NCBI RefSeq assembly: GCF_006345805.1
Contig: NC_043004.1
Location: forward strand, 104,470,001-104,534,000
Direction: 5' to 3'
DNA: 64,000 bases
Origin: Octopus sinensis
Taxonomy: Eukaryota
The notes under the pieces were generated by a model. It was given only the letters and a program-made list of their open reading frames with translations, made no database searches and was not told the origin of the DNA. A program made the position numbers and the translations under genes. Position 1 is the stretch's first letter; every line of letters begins with the position of its first letter. Positions 47,931 to 60,685 of the stretch are shown here, piece after piece.

Positions 47931-49311
47931 GCTTTGTTAAGTCTCGGATGATAACGACAAGTCCTGTCACTTAATTTATGGAAAGTGATGGTTTCCTGAT
48001 TATGGCGTTAATCATAATCTTATTGAAGTATGTACACCCGCGTGCATATATATATATATATATGCATGCAATTATGAATGCATATGTCTGCAAACGTTCT
48101 AGTGCATGTATATTTGTGTGTGTGTGTGTGCATGCATACAATGTTCGGCGTATGTGGATAAAGCTAGGAACAACATGATCGCTAAAAATAGCAGCCAAAA
48201 CTTTAAGCTCCCTCAAATCGCATCCCACCTTAAAAATGAAAGGATACAGTGCACAGTATAGTAGTCGCTAATATGAATAAAACGGACGGGATGGGCACGG
48301 CTGGAAGGCCTTTTATCATAGCTTCACTAGAGGCCTAGTCACAACTATTGCTACTACTACAAACCGAATATCGAAAATTATATCGCGCTTGCGTCAGGTA
48401 GTTGCAATTACGTACCTCCGTGGGATATCTAGGAATTTGTCTATCGTTCAGTCCGTATCAGCTCTTCCTGTGCTCTCGAATGCATTGGGCAACAAGCTGA
48501 TGCCACCGGCTCTTCTTGGCTGAGGGTTTTCTCAGCACCTGGCCATATGACACCAGCTTCTCTTGTGTCCCGTTATGCGCCCTGTAGTTTTCGTTCTCCC
48601 ACTCCTCTTTATTCCCTTCCACTGGCGTCCATTTGAAAACTGTTTTAGAGTGGCGTTGTTCTGGTAACATTTAGCAGGGCCGTCAGAGCAATATTACAGG
48701 CCCCTATGAAAATCAATATACTGGGACCTACAGCATCTATAAATTGACACATACTTAGATCAGAATTGGGAGGCTAGACCCGTGTGATTCCTGGGAAAAT
48801 CCACGGTATAGCCGTGCCTTAAGATAGCATCGACAGTGAGGGGAAAAAAAAACTCAATTTGGTTCGGTGGAAGGCGGTGTGCTAGCAAAATCGTTAGCAA
48901 GCCGGACAAAATTCTTGCGGTGTTTTGTTCGTCTTTATAATCTGAATTCAAATTCCGTCGAAGGTCAACTTTGACTTTCATCCTTTCCGGGTCGATAAAA
49001 TATGTACCTGTGAAGTACTGGAGTCGATGTAATCGACTAGCCCTATCCCCTCAAAAAAAAAAAAAAAAAAGAAAGCTGGTTTTGTGCCAAAATTTGAAAC
49101 CATTATTTAGCGGTTTGGCCGAATCGTTAGATTCATCGAGAAAAATGGTAAGCGGTATTTACGTTCTCAGTCCTAATGCATCGCGTCGAGGACGGCTTTG
49201 CTTTCATCCCTCCGGGGTCAATCATTTACTACGATATCGACTAAACCTCTTCAAAATTGATGGTCTTGTTCATAGACTAGAAAGAATTATTATACAATAT
49301 ATAGGAAACAT

Positions 49312-49715
49312 AAGGCGGTGAGCTGGCAGAAACGTTAGCACGCCGGGCAAAATGCTTATCTGTATTTCGTCTGTCTTGATGTTCTGAGTTCAAATTTCGC
49401 CGAGGTCGACTTTGCCTTTCATCCTTTCGGGGTCGATAAATTAAATACCAGTTACGCACTGGGGTCGATGTAATCAACTTAATCCGTTTGTCTGTCCTTG
49501 TTTGTCCTCTGTGTTTAACCCCTTGTGGGTAGTAAAGAAATAGGTGTTTCGTCTGTCGCTACGTTCTGAGTTCAAATTCCGCCGAGGTCGACTTTGCCTT
49601 TCATCCTTTTGGGGTCGATAAATTCAGTGCTAGTTGAGTACTGGGGTCGATGTAATCGACTGCCCCCTCCCCCTCCCGCCCAAATTTCGGGCTTTGTGCC
49701 TAGAGTAGAAAAGAA
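49312..49715 (+). mobile_element. Dimeric/nested SINE family B
   Basis: Core present twice (49380, 49561). Confidence 0.85.
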
Positions 49716-50242
49716 TATTTAGTAAGCATCTTGTAGACTCTGCGATCGATCACAACAATTTGGGGACCATCCGACAGCATCGCTCTTTCAAACTGTTCTG
49801 GGCAGTATTCATGCTACCAAGAAATGCCCTGGTTCTATTCACCCACACTGTAGAACGCTTTTAACTTCCATTGTCCTCACAACAACCACATCAAAACGAC
49901 TGCAGTTGCGAGCACTCCAAATCATGCAGCAGCTATTCTTGTTTCACTTCTCGCTGAGAATTTGTTCTTTGCACAAAGACGCACACGTACCTTCACACAC
50001 ACACACACACGAGCCATGCACGAAACTCTCGGCTCTGAATCACTCTATATTTTCTCTGATTAAAAATAACAAAACACTTACACTCGTGTATTGAGTTCTA
50101 TTTAGCCTGTTTGTTCTACTAAACACACACACGGCAAGTGATTGCATCAAACATGCAGATTAAGGGTAAATAATACTAATAATAATCCTTTCTACTAAAG
50201 GCACAATAATCCTTTCTTCTGAAGGAATAATAATAATAATAG

Positions 50243-50606
50243 GAACATTCAGAGAGCGCAAACCTCCACCAAAGCAACACCAATGTCCTCTCAACGATCA
50301 GCCAGAGATGAGTTTTAAAATGAGAATATCTGAAATAAACTCAACTGCTCTCACAGACGAGAATACTAAAAATAAACCTGACTGCTCTCAAAAATTAAGT
50401 AAAAGAAAATCGGAAAAATAATCCAGAATCCTTCTCCGGTACCAGATCGATCCCAAAATCTTATCAGTTCGTGCCAGTCACGAAGCCAAACATCTCTGAA
50501 AATTATCGGAATCCATCCAGCGGTTCTTGAGATATCTTGTCCACGGACAAACAAACAATCGCGACTGAAAACAATACCTCCACCATAGTGAAGGAGGAGG
50601 TAATAA
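50243..50606 (-). mobile_element. HINE/DINE-1-like non-autonomous Helentron
   Basis: Minus strand ttattacctcc...ggaggt 5' inverted repeat, gtttgtttgtcc microsatellite, 3' subterminal ggtggaggtt followed by a gcgctctctgaatg hairpin. Confidence 0.7.
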
Positions 50607-50689
50607 TCAGCAGCAGCCCATCGGTGGCTGAGAACACAGACAGAAGTTTCCATATTAGCGGCACCAGATCGAAGCTTGCTTACCAGAAA

Positions 50690-51412
50690 ATCAGGCTAAT
50701 GTTCTTCAAAACGGTAGTAACTGTAAATGCAGATTCTGCGACATATTTGACGAAACAAGACCATCTCGTTTCGAATGTTCTGTGCTGACGCCAAGCAATA
50801 CAAAAATCGCCACGAAAGGGTAAGACAGTACCTACATTGGAAAATATGTAAACACTACAAAATCGGTACCCTTGCTTACTGGTATGAACATCATCCTGAG
50901 CCAGTTGTTGAAGGTAAAAATGTCACTATCCTCTGGGATTTTCCAATCAACACCTACAGAATGACCCAGGCTAATCGACCAGACATGGTTATTGAAGACA
51001 AAGAAGAAGATATTTGTAGACTAATAGCTGTAAGAGTTCCCACTGATAAAAATATATCTGTAAAGGAATATAATGAACTTAGTTCCTGGTATTGTAGGTG
51101 TCCTAGGTATGATAAAAAAAAATGGGGTGTCGGAAACATCTAGACAACATCCCAGGCGAACAATGTCTAAGAGAAATCTAAAAGAGTGTGCTGATAAGTA
51201 CTGCCCACATCCTTAGAAAAACTTTATCAATTCAAATATCTGTGTTGTATTACATGGAGATGTTTCGCTACTGCCTCTGCCATTTCACCTCCCCAAGCTT
51301 TCAGTTAGACTGTAGCATCTCTTACTCTTCAGTTGATCTATGGCGCTAGGCGTGTCTCGGCAAATGATTGCAACAAACATGCAGATTAAAATTAAAAAAT
51401 GGTAATAATAAT
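50690..51412 (+). mobile_element. R4/Dong-like LINE 3' fragment (REL endonuclease region)
   Basis: RHERV..LHWKICKHY...WYEHHP...ILWDF...NRPDMV...VPTDKNI..KE; ends in taataata. Confidence 0.8.
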
Positions 51413-51674
51413 ATATCTTTTAAATGGCCAAATTACCAATTAATTTCACACCAGAAGCTGCCCCAGCAATCATCAGGAATGGCTGGAAAAAAGAACATGG
51501 CGTGGGCTTTTTGTCACTTGTAACTTGATATCGCGTCCGGTTTATGGGTTTTTACGGTTATTATAAAACCCAAAACGAATCACAAGTTCTTGTTAATACC
51601 CAAGCGAGGTGAAATGTCATAATTCTAGCGCGACATGTATCGACATTGAAAGAAAACTCTGCGCATTACATCAA

Positions 51675-52034
51675 ATGGAGAATACTGGAATTTGAGGGTG
51701 GAGATGGAAGTGTTGCTTTGTAGCAAGTTTGTTGAAAGGTGAGTGAATGTTGGAAGAATGGTCAGTGTGAAAGGACCAATTCTGAGCGTGTACCTGTGAA
51801 AAAATTAAAGAAGGGCTCTTGCCCTGTTGATCAGGCACCTGTGGCTTTTCTGGGTTTTTCTTCGAGGACTTCAGCACCCCACCCCCCTACAAGGAGTTTT
51901 AATTTGTTTAATTTTTAATTGTTATTTATATTGTTTACACGCGGAAAACCCATTGTTTTGTCCTGTTTTTGTCTTTTATGTTGTTATATGCCATTTAATG
52001 TTATTGTATGTGAGCCCTTGTGGCTAATAAAAGA
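51675..52034 (+). mobile_element. L1/Tx1-like LINE 3' end
   Basis: Decayed ORF2 end (LRVEME...SKFVER*VNVGRM...ILSVYL*), T-rich 3'UTR, aataaaagaa tail. Confidence 0.55.
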
Positions 52035-52227
52035 ATCGTTAACACGCTGGACGAAATGCTTAGCGGTATTTCACCCATTGCCATGTTCTGAGTTCAAATT
52101 CCGGCGAGGTCAACTTTGCCTTTCATCCTTTCGGCGTCTTTAAAATAAGTAGCAGTTACGCACTGGGGTCGATGTAATCGACTTACACCCCGTCAAAATT
52201 TCAGGCCTTGAGCCTATAGTAGAAAGG

Positions 52228-52272
<45 letters not shown>

Positions 52273-52282
52273 TCATTTCTGA

Positions 52283-52338
<56 letters not shown>

Positions 52339-52447
52339 GGAGGAATTTCAACCGCGTTTCGTGGTCTGCTAGGAGCTGTTGTGGTAGCAAACCACGAAAC
52401 ACGGTTGAAATTCCTCCTCCTCCTCCTTATTATTATTATTATTTCAT
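52228..52447. repeat. Nested fold-back: (ATT)n/(AAT)n plus a 34-bp inverted repeat
   Basis: Arms 52338-52371 and 52385-52418, 13-nt loop. Confidence 0.9.
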
Positions 52448-53469
52448 TACTGATACTTTCTGCTAGTCACAGCTCTTGACAAAAATGAAATGCCATTGTT
52501 CTTCTATTCCAGTGGCAGGTGTTTAGATTTGAACCCTGAGCACGTAGAGCTGGAAGAGATACTACAACGCATTCTATCCGACGCTTCTAATGACCCCCGC
52601 CAATTTGCATATACCCCACCTCCATACACACACACAAGCGAGAAAGAGAAGTAGTTAAGAGGAAGTTTAGAAAATTGTCACATGAATAGAGTTGTATTTA
52701 CCAGATAATAATTGTTGTCCTTCAGTGCACCAACTTACAGCTCCGCATTACGTATTTAATTTCTCCAACAAATTTGACTATTATCAACGCAATTAATTCA
52801 TTTAGGTTTGGTTGTTATCATTAAAATATAGTCTTTGACCATACAAGGAAAACCCCAGTCACTAGCTATATAGATAATGTGACAACACTTCTACATACCA
52901 GTTTTGTGTCAACTAATTGATATTGCGGTACACATTCCATTCGGGTTAAGTAATTTAATGTGCTCCTATATTATAAAAGAAAATTAGCGAATTTCCTGGA
53001 ACAAATTTCGAAGATGTGCACAAGAAAAACTAAACAAAAAAAAAAGAAAGAAAGAAACCCCCATTCCCAAGGAATATATTGACTAATTTTATATTGGTGT
53101 TTTCCGTGCCAGGGGTTCTCTGTTCTGTTATTCTACTACTGGTTTCAGCCCAAGGCTCTGGCCATGCTGGGACTTTGAAATGTTCTCCAACCGTAATTCT
53201 TTCTACTTATGGCTCAGGGTCAGCAATTTTGAAGAGGGAGAGCAAGTCGGTTACTTCGACTCCAGTGCTTGAACCGACTCCAGTGCTTGATCACTATTTA
53301 TTTTATCGACCACGAAAGGATGAAAGGCAAAGTCGACCCCGGCAGCATTTGAACTTAGAATACAAAGGCGAACGAAATGTTGATAAAAATTTTGTCCAGA
53401 CGAAATACTGCTCAGAATTTTGTCCGGCGTGTTAACGATTCTGCCGACTCGCCGCCTTATCTTCTCCAA

Positions 53470-53722
53470 AGAGTTGTTTGTTCCTTCTCGAGTCACGCCT
53501 GGCTCATAAGGCCCAGTTTCCTTGGCGTATAGGTTCCCCACCTGGACGGGACGCCGGTCCGTCGCAGGTGAGCTGCAAGATGCAGGAGGAAAGAGTGAGA
53601 GAAAGTTGTGGCGAAAGAGTCAGCAGAAGTTTGCCATTACCTTCTGCTGGAGCCGCGTGGAGCTTAGGTGTTTCGCTCATAAACACACACATCGCCCGGT
53701 CTGAGATTCGAACTCGCGGTCC
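53470..53722 (-). mobile_element. SINE (5'-truncated tggaggcgca-type head, V-like tail variant)
   Basis: Shares the cacctaagctccacg..gctcc region; minus-strand tail ctgcgacggaccggcgtcccgtccag. Confidence 0.75.
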
Positions 53723-54217
53723 CTCGAGCTGGCAGAAATGTTTAACCGCTGGAGAGAAAATACCTCGTGGTATTTCTTCCGGGTCTTTACATTCTGAGTT
53801 CAAATCACACCGAGGCCCACTTTGCCTTTCATCCCTCTAAGGATCGATAAAATAGAATTCCAGTTCACAACTAGGATTAATGGTATCGATTGATTCCTTC
53901 CGAACCTTCATTATGCCTAAGTAAAAAATCACTGATATCTTCAGGATATCCAGAACTTTGTAGTTTGAAGCAAAATGTCCAAAACAAGTACGACATTCAT
54001 TTTGTACAGATTCTAAAAATATGGGTTGTGCGCATGTGCAAATAAACTTAATAGGGATAGCTTTCGACTTACTTTGTAACCACATGGTTTCGAGTTCGGT
54101 CTCATTGCGCATCACCTTGGAGAAGTGTCTTCTACTATATCCCCAGGCCGACCAATGCTTTGTGAGGGAATTTGGTTGATGGATATTGTGAGGAAGCTCA
54201 TTGTATATGTGTGTGTG

Positions 54218-54251
<34 letters not shown>

Positions 54252-54439
54252 GAGGCACAATGGCCCAGTGGTTAGTGATTATCAGTTTTGTCGAACCGCT
54301 AGGTCACGAAGACTTAAACGTACCAACACCGGTTGTTAAGCGGTGGTGAGGGACAAATACAGACACAAAAACACACGAACATGTATGCGTGTGTATGTGT
54401 ATATATATATGTGTGTGTGTGTGTGTCCGTGCGTGTGTA

Positions 54440-55152
54440 TTGGGTTGGCAACTAAGTTCCCGCCGTTTTTTAAAATTTAAATTTTTTAAAAGGGTTAATA
54501 AAAAACAACAACTAATTAATCAATAATGCATTCACCCTTGTTGTTTACAACTTCTTCCCAACGTTCAACAAGATTTTCAATACCTCGTTGGTAGAAATCA
54601 CCCGATTTCGACTCATAAAATTGATCTAACCAAGCGAAACTCCGCGCATAGCATTTGAAAGAGATCAAAAGAGGTGGAAATCCGTTGGTGTCAAATCAGG
54701 AGAGTACGGTGGGTGTGGCAGCACTTCCCAGTCATGTGTTTGAATAGCTTCCTTGGTCATATTGGTGATATGAGGACGGGCGTTGTCGTGCAGTAGAAGA
54801 ACACCATGCTGCCGATTAGGTCTTTTCTCTTGAATAGCCGTGGTTGAGTCGTTCCATCTGTTAAACATAGAGTTCCGCGTTGACCGTTTGGTTCCTTTCA
54901 AGCAATTCGTAATGGATAATCCCCTCCCAGTCCCACCATATGCACAACATCGTTTTACGCGCATGAAGACCCTGTTTCACGTGCGGTGTCGATTGTTTAC
55001 CGGGGTTAAGCCATTCCTTACGCTGCTTCATATTAATGTACAGGCATCATTTTTCGTCTCCAGTAACGATTCGGTAAAGAAATCGTCGCTTGTGTCCATA
55101 AGTTGAGCGGTGACGAGCAAACAAACCAGCGGAGATTGTGGCTCGTTCATTT
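54440..55152 (-). mobile_element. Decayed mariner (DD34D) transposon, 3' half
   Basis: RIVTGDEK, LLHDNARPH and HPPYSPDL motifs across frameshifts; TA + TIR TTGGGTTGGCAACTAAG at 54440. Confidence 0.92.
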
Positions 55153-55154
55153 TT

Positions 55155-55396
55155 GTTTTTTGGGATTTTCAGAAAGAGAAATCGATTGGCTAATTCGTAC
55201 ATTACAAGTGCAATCTGTGAGTGGAACAGTAAAAATATCCAAACTTTTCTCAAGTTCCAAATGTGAATTTGTCTGTGTTAACTACATCCCAAAGATGGAG
55301 CCTTGTATCTTCGTTGGAAACTGGCTCTCCCCTCAGTGGAAGATTTATAATAATTTAAAAAATAGAAGAGACTTACATACATATATGCATACATAA
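55155..55396 (+). mobile_element. REL-LINE 3' end with (TACA)n tail abutting the truncated mariner
   Basis: LGFSEREIDWLIRTLQVQSVSGTVKI, related to 21190-21460. Confidence 0.6.
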
Positions 55397-55999
55397 TACA
55401 CTCACGCACATGTGTGTATGTGTGTGGAGGTTTCGATGTATATATACTCGTATTTCTCAACAAACCACGTCGTTTGAGCATCGATAAAATTCTTTTTCAT
55501 TATTTGTTTATTCCCTAAGTCAATTTTGCATTCCAGCTTTCCGGAATTGATAAAAGAATTAATCATGTAGTAGAGTCAATATAATCGTTGGTTCCGTCTC
55601 CCCGGATTTTCAGCCTTATATTTTAATCCTTCTTACAACACTTCTCCATTTCTAGGAAAAGGGTTACTGTTTTTGTTTTGATGTGTTCGTGTAGGAGATA
55701 GTCGGTTCCCAAACAATGAATACACACATAAATACACTTAACAACTTTTCCAGTATTATGTGGGACTATCTTCAGCATTCGCCATCGCTTTATGCGTTGG
55801 TGTATTTCTCCTAAAATTAATTTCCCATATTTTAGCAATTTTATCTTACATTTAGGAGATGTTGCCATGTTTCACTAATCCCTATGCGGAATGCCGCCGG
55901 CAGCGTCCCACAATCTTTACTTCGAATTGTGCATATCGGTTCATTCCAAAGTAAGTCAAATATACACACACAAATAAGTAAATGAATAAATATAAAAAT

Positions 56000-56530
56000 A
56001 AACAAATGCACTCAGAGACCGCAATCCTCCACCAAAGCAACACCAACATCTTCTCAACGATTAACCAGAGATGATTTTTAAAATGAGAATATCTGAAATA
56101 AATTCGACTGCTCTCACAAACGAGAATACTAAGAATGAACTCGACCGCTCTCAAAAATACCCATGGATGGTCCTTTTTTTTTCTTTTATATGCTGAATGC
56201 TTTTCCATCCAGGTCTTCTCTGAGGTAAAAGAGCCCAGCTGTTTTGGGGTTGTATAGAAGATCATCAGGAAGAAAGTGTTTCTTGAGGAGTTCACTGCCA
56301 ACTCGTACAATGTTGCTGACTTCACTTTTCAGCTCTGCATTAAAACCGGAAAAATAATCCAGAATTCTTGTCCGGTACCGGATCGTTCCCAAAGTCTAAT
56401 CCGTTTGTGCCAGTCACGAGGCCAAACATCCTTGAAAGTTTCATCCGAATCCATCCGGCGGTTCTGGAGATATCTTGTCCACAAACAAACAAACACGACT
56501 GAAAAGCGCTGAGGCCGAGGAAGTAAATAA
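56000..56530 (-). mobile_element. HINE-like element copy 2 with ~180-bp internal insert
   Basis: Aligns to 50243-50606 except 56159-56340. Confidence 0.75.
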
Positions 56531-56549
56531 AATAAAATATTTTGTTATT

Positions 56550-56902
56550 GGCGAAGGCGGTGGCTGAGTGGTGAGAAGCTTGCTCCCCAACCATATGATT
56601 CCGGGTCCAGTCCCACTGCGTAGCCCCTTGGGCAAGGTCTTCTACTATAGCCTTGGGCATACCAAATTCTTGAGAGTGAAGCCTGTCGTGTGTGTGTCTG
56701 TGTTTGTTCCCCTACCATCGCTTGACAACCGATGCTGGTGTGTTTATGTCCCCGTAAAATAGCGGTTCGGCAAAATATCGATAAAATAAGTACTGGGCTT
56801 ACAAAGAATAAGTGCTGGGGCAGATTTTCTTTGACTAAAACCCTTTAAGGCGATGCTCCAGCAAGGCCGCGCTCACATGGCTGAAACAAGTAAAAGAATA
56901 AA
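56550..56902 (+). mobile_element. SINE family A
   Basis: Homology to other copies. Confidence 0.8.
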
Positions 56903-57846
56903 TGAACTGTTTCACAGAAGGTCCTCTTTTTAATGTATGACCAGTTATGTTACATGTGCAACCGAAGCCAAAACGCTTCTATGCATGTAACGAGCGATAG
57001 AACAATGTTTCTACGCCTGTGATATGAGAGAGCGCAATCATTTGGTTTGGGATTTACAACCCATTACTCCCACCACCACCACCATATTTTGCTGCTTATT
57101 TGCACCTACCCCTTTTTTTTTCTTTTTCTTAGTTTCCTTGGTGAGGTTGCTATGGGTTCTTTTTTTTATTTCTCGATCATTTGACCTTCTATACTTTTAA
57201 TGTTTTTCCTTTATTTTCTTCCTGTAAAAATATGTTGTTAATAAAACTGACAAATTCCGATAGATGAATCTCCGTCAATAAAAGAAAAAAAACGGAGATA
57301 AGTTTTCTCAAAGTCTGAGGCAAACAAAGCTGATGTGAATGAAATTCAGTCCAGGGTGGACAAAGGAATAGAATTTCATTCGGAATGATTTTCTGTGTAG
57401 CAGGAAGGCCTTTTTTGTAACGAATATTCATAAAACATAGACATTTTGACTCAGGATAGAAAGGGCACCGTTCGTCGCATCACCTCGAAGTTGGAGCAAA
57501 GAAATGCAACAACTGTAGATTCACAGGCTAGTCTGATCGATGAGAAAACAATACAATGAGATTTATTGTTTGAGAACATGAAAGCTATAAAGAAGTTTTG
57601 ATTTCCCCATAGGTAGGTTAAAGTTGCAATCTTCAATGTGCAGCTTAACATTCTTATGAGAATCACAGGTCAAATTGGTTCTCTGCAGACAACGATATTA
57701 CAAAGAAGTACACATATCAAAAAATAAGAGTCGCCTGCAAGCAGTACTGGATTAACCATTAAGCAAAATAAGCATGTGCTTAGGGCATCAAGTGACCGGG
57801 GGTCATCACAGAAATAGTAAATGGTTTACTATAGCAATGGTTTCTA

Positions 57847-58480
57847 TTAAATTTTCGATATCTTCCGGGGCCCCTGGATAATCATATCCAGGGTCTGCCC
57901 TTGCCAATTTTTATGAGCCGTTCTTGTGGCCTGGAGGACCACTATCTTCTCTTCATTGCCTTGCAGTATGGCAGCTACTAGCAAGGCTATGTCAAAATCT
58001 GGTGGTATATCTTCTACCCTAACCCTGGAAGCACGTCTCCCAAGGTATATGGGTAGAAGTACCACTTCTGTTTTTAAAGGGGTTGCTGAGTGTAACCCGG
58101 AAGCAGCTACCTCTCGGAAACGCACCTCTACCGTTCCGTACTTCCTTCCACTAGCGAGGTGCGAAATTTCTTGCCAGATTGGTTTCAAAGCCCTTTCAAC
58201 TTGTGTAGTTGTCATTATCTCAATCCTCTTTGTTTCCGTGGAGTATGTTCTATATAATATTGTTTTCTCCTGAGTGTCTGTCATAATTTCTTGGGGAGGG
58301 AACACCTTCATTTCGTGTCGTGTTCTTATATTTATTCAGCTCTGCCAGATCGACCTCACTATTGTGGCTCTTGGAGACAGCCGCAAAGTTCCTTTGTTAC
58401 GACTGGTGTTTCACCTCGGGACATCCGTGGTCGAGCTGACATTAGACTCACAAGCATTACAATCATGGCTATTTCGTCAT
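57847..58480 (-). mobile_element. L1/Tx1-like LINE ORF1 fragment
   Basis: 154-aa ORF with GTVEVRF...RVRVEDIPPDFD..LLVAAIL, resembling RRM-type ORF1; upstream frame disrupted. Confidence 0.5.
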
Positions 58481-59653
58481 TTTCTATTTATATATTTATT
58501 TTCCCGACAGTGTCTCTAGAACTACATTATTCAATGTAGCTCGCTTTTTTTCTTCTTCCTTTTTTAAACATGAGGTTTGTTGAAGATATAACAGCCATCA
58601 CGAGTGATCGCGTCGACTCGCTTATCGATACGATGATCGCCAAATCGGAAATCTAAATTCGAAGTCCTACACTGAAAATTCACGTTTTAAATAAATACAT
58701 TGCTTACTCAGGGACGCTATCCGCGTGAAGCACAACAGTTAAATTCATGACAACACATTTCTACATTAGGTATGTTTATCTTAACTATTGTTTCTCGTGC
58801 AGATGACATATCCGAGTAAATAACGTTAATAATGCGGCAGGAATATTTTGCCATTATATCCAATGTCACAATTGGCTAGAATAAGGAAATTCTGACCAAT
58901 CGTGACACCACCTAGAGCTGACCTCATGCAGAGATTCAAGCTTTTTGAGCTCTCTCTGAGCCGAGTTTTAGCCATAGAAGCACCACATCTCAGGCACCTA
59001 GGGCAGTGTGCCAGAGCACACACAGAAAGAATGGCCTAGATGAAGAGATGGCCTGTTGACTGCTGATCAACTACTGAATTTCCGTGTCTGTCTCCACAGT
59101 TACACGAAGAAGAACGACATCCCAACTTCCTACAATTTGGTCATTCGTCGTAACGGTATTTTCCTTGTAAGCGAAAAATAAATACCTCCTTAACTGAAAA
59201 TCTCTCAACCAAGTTTCTGTCTTCATCATTACCCCATTTTAGTTACAGTAAATAACCTCTTTTAATAATCTAATTTTTCACGCTCACTCATGCACAATAT
59301 TCTACGTCTACTTAGACACATTCTACCAGTGTCCGAAGTTTAAAAGTGTTTAGTTACAAAAAATTAATTTTTCTATCTGCCGTTGAAAGGGAAAAGATCC
59401 GAGATTCTCCCATAATTTCAGGCAGTACGGTGGAATCGAATCTTCGTTGAGGAGGTCTAACAAAACTGAAACATGTCCGGAGCCTTGTTTTTTCCCAGCC
59501 AGTGGTTCACAATTTGCTTTTAAAACATAGCGTTCCTTCACACTGAATGACATTAAAAAATGATCTCAATAAAACGAATTCTAATTTTGCACAACATTTT
59601 TATTATCCATATTTTCTTTCGCTATCCCATCTACCATGTACTGCCTGTTAGAT

Positions 59654-60048
59654 GTGGAGGCGCAATGGCCCAGTGGTTAGGGCAGCGGACTCGCGGTCAT
59701 AGGATCGCGGTTTCGATTCCAAGACCGGGCGTTGTGAGTGTTTATTGAGCGAAAACACCTAAAGCTCCACGAGGCTCCGGCAGGGGATGGTGGTGATCCC
59801 TGCTGTACTCTTTCACCACAACTTTCTCTCACTCTTACTTCCTGTTTCTGTTGTACCTGTATTTCAAAGGGCCGGCCTTGTCACTCTCTGTGTCACGCTG
59901 AATATCCCCGGAACTACGTTAAGGGTACACGTGTCTGTGGAGTGCTCAGCCACTTACACGTTAATTTCACGAGCAGGCTGTTCCGTTGATTCGGATCAAC
60001 CGGAACCCTCATCGTCGTAACCGACGGAGTGCTAAGAAGAGAAGAAGA
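59654..60048 (+). mobile_element. SINE, tggaggcgcaatgg head + body type 2
   Basis: Near-identical to 61878-62237. Confidence 0.88.
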
Positions 60049-60685
60049 GCCTTTTAGATATTTGTACGAACTAGTGCCTTTTAAATTACATTTTTATGGA
60101 AATTACTAAAAGCGAGGTGTCATGTATTGGACTTTGGTATATCACTAGATATGTTTCTCCTCGCTGATAACCTACTGTCTGGCTCATATTCGAATCTTGA
60201 GAGCGATTTTGTGGAAAAGTGTTTAAAATATAATAAATATTGTTGGGAGTTTATTTTATTTCTGATAAAAATCACTCTACACCCCGCCCCCTCGTGAACT
60301 CATGACACTTCCAAGAGGATAATACTATCCGTGCTTAGAGAAACTCTAAGCTATGCGTGTGTGTTTGTGTGTGTGCGCTTGCACACAAGGAATTGAAGTG
60401 TGCACAGAAGTATAGTTGCCTAAAATAGAGTAGTAATTAAGAATTATATGTAATCAATGCACACAATTTTATCATAGGTAAGACTTTACATATAAGAATG
60501 TTGCACACACAAGTTATAAAGAAGAAAAAAAAGTAACTAGAGAGAGCGTTGATTTGTAGTTGTGTACTGTACTTACTGAAATAATTAAAAATCAATCATC
60601 GTGCTAATTAATATTGGCGTTTACTCATCGCAGAAATATTTCAAATTACCGTATTGGACGACTTATAAAGCACACTATCTTAAAA

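Noticed and set aside
59654-59730. tRNA-like sequence
   Set aside because: It is the tRNA-derived SINE head: it continues into the SINE body, is multi-copy and lacks a proper acceptor stem.
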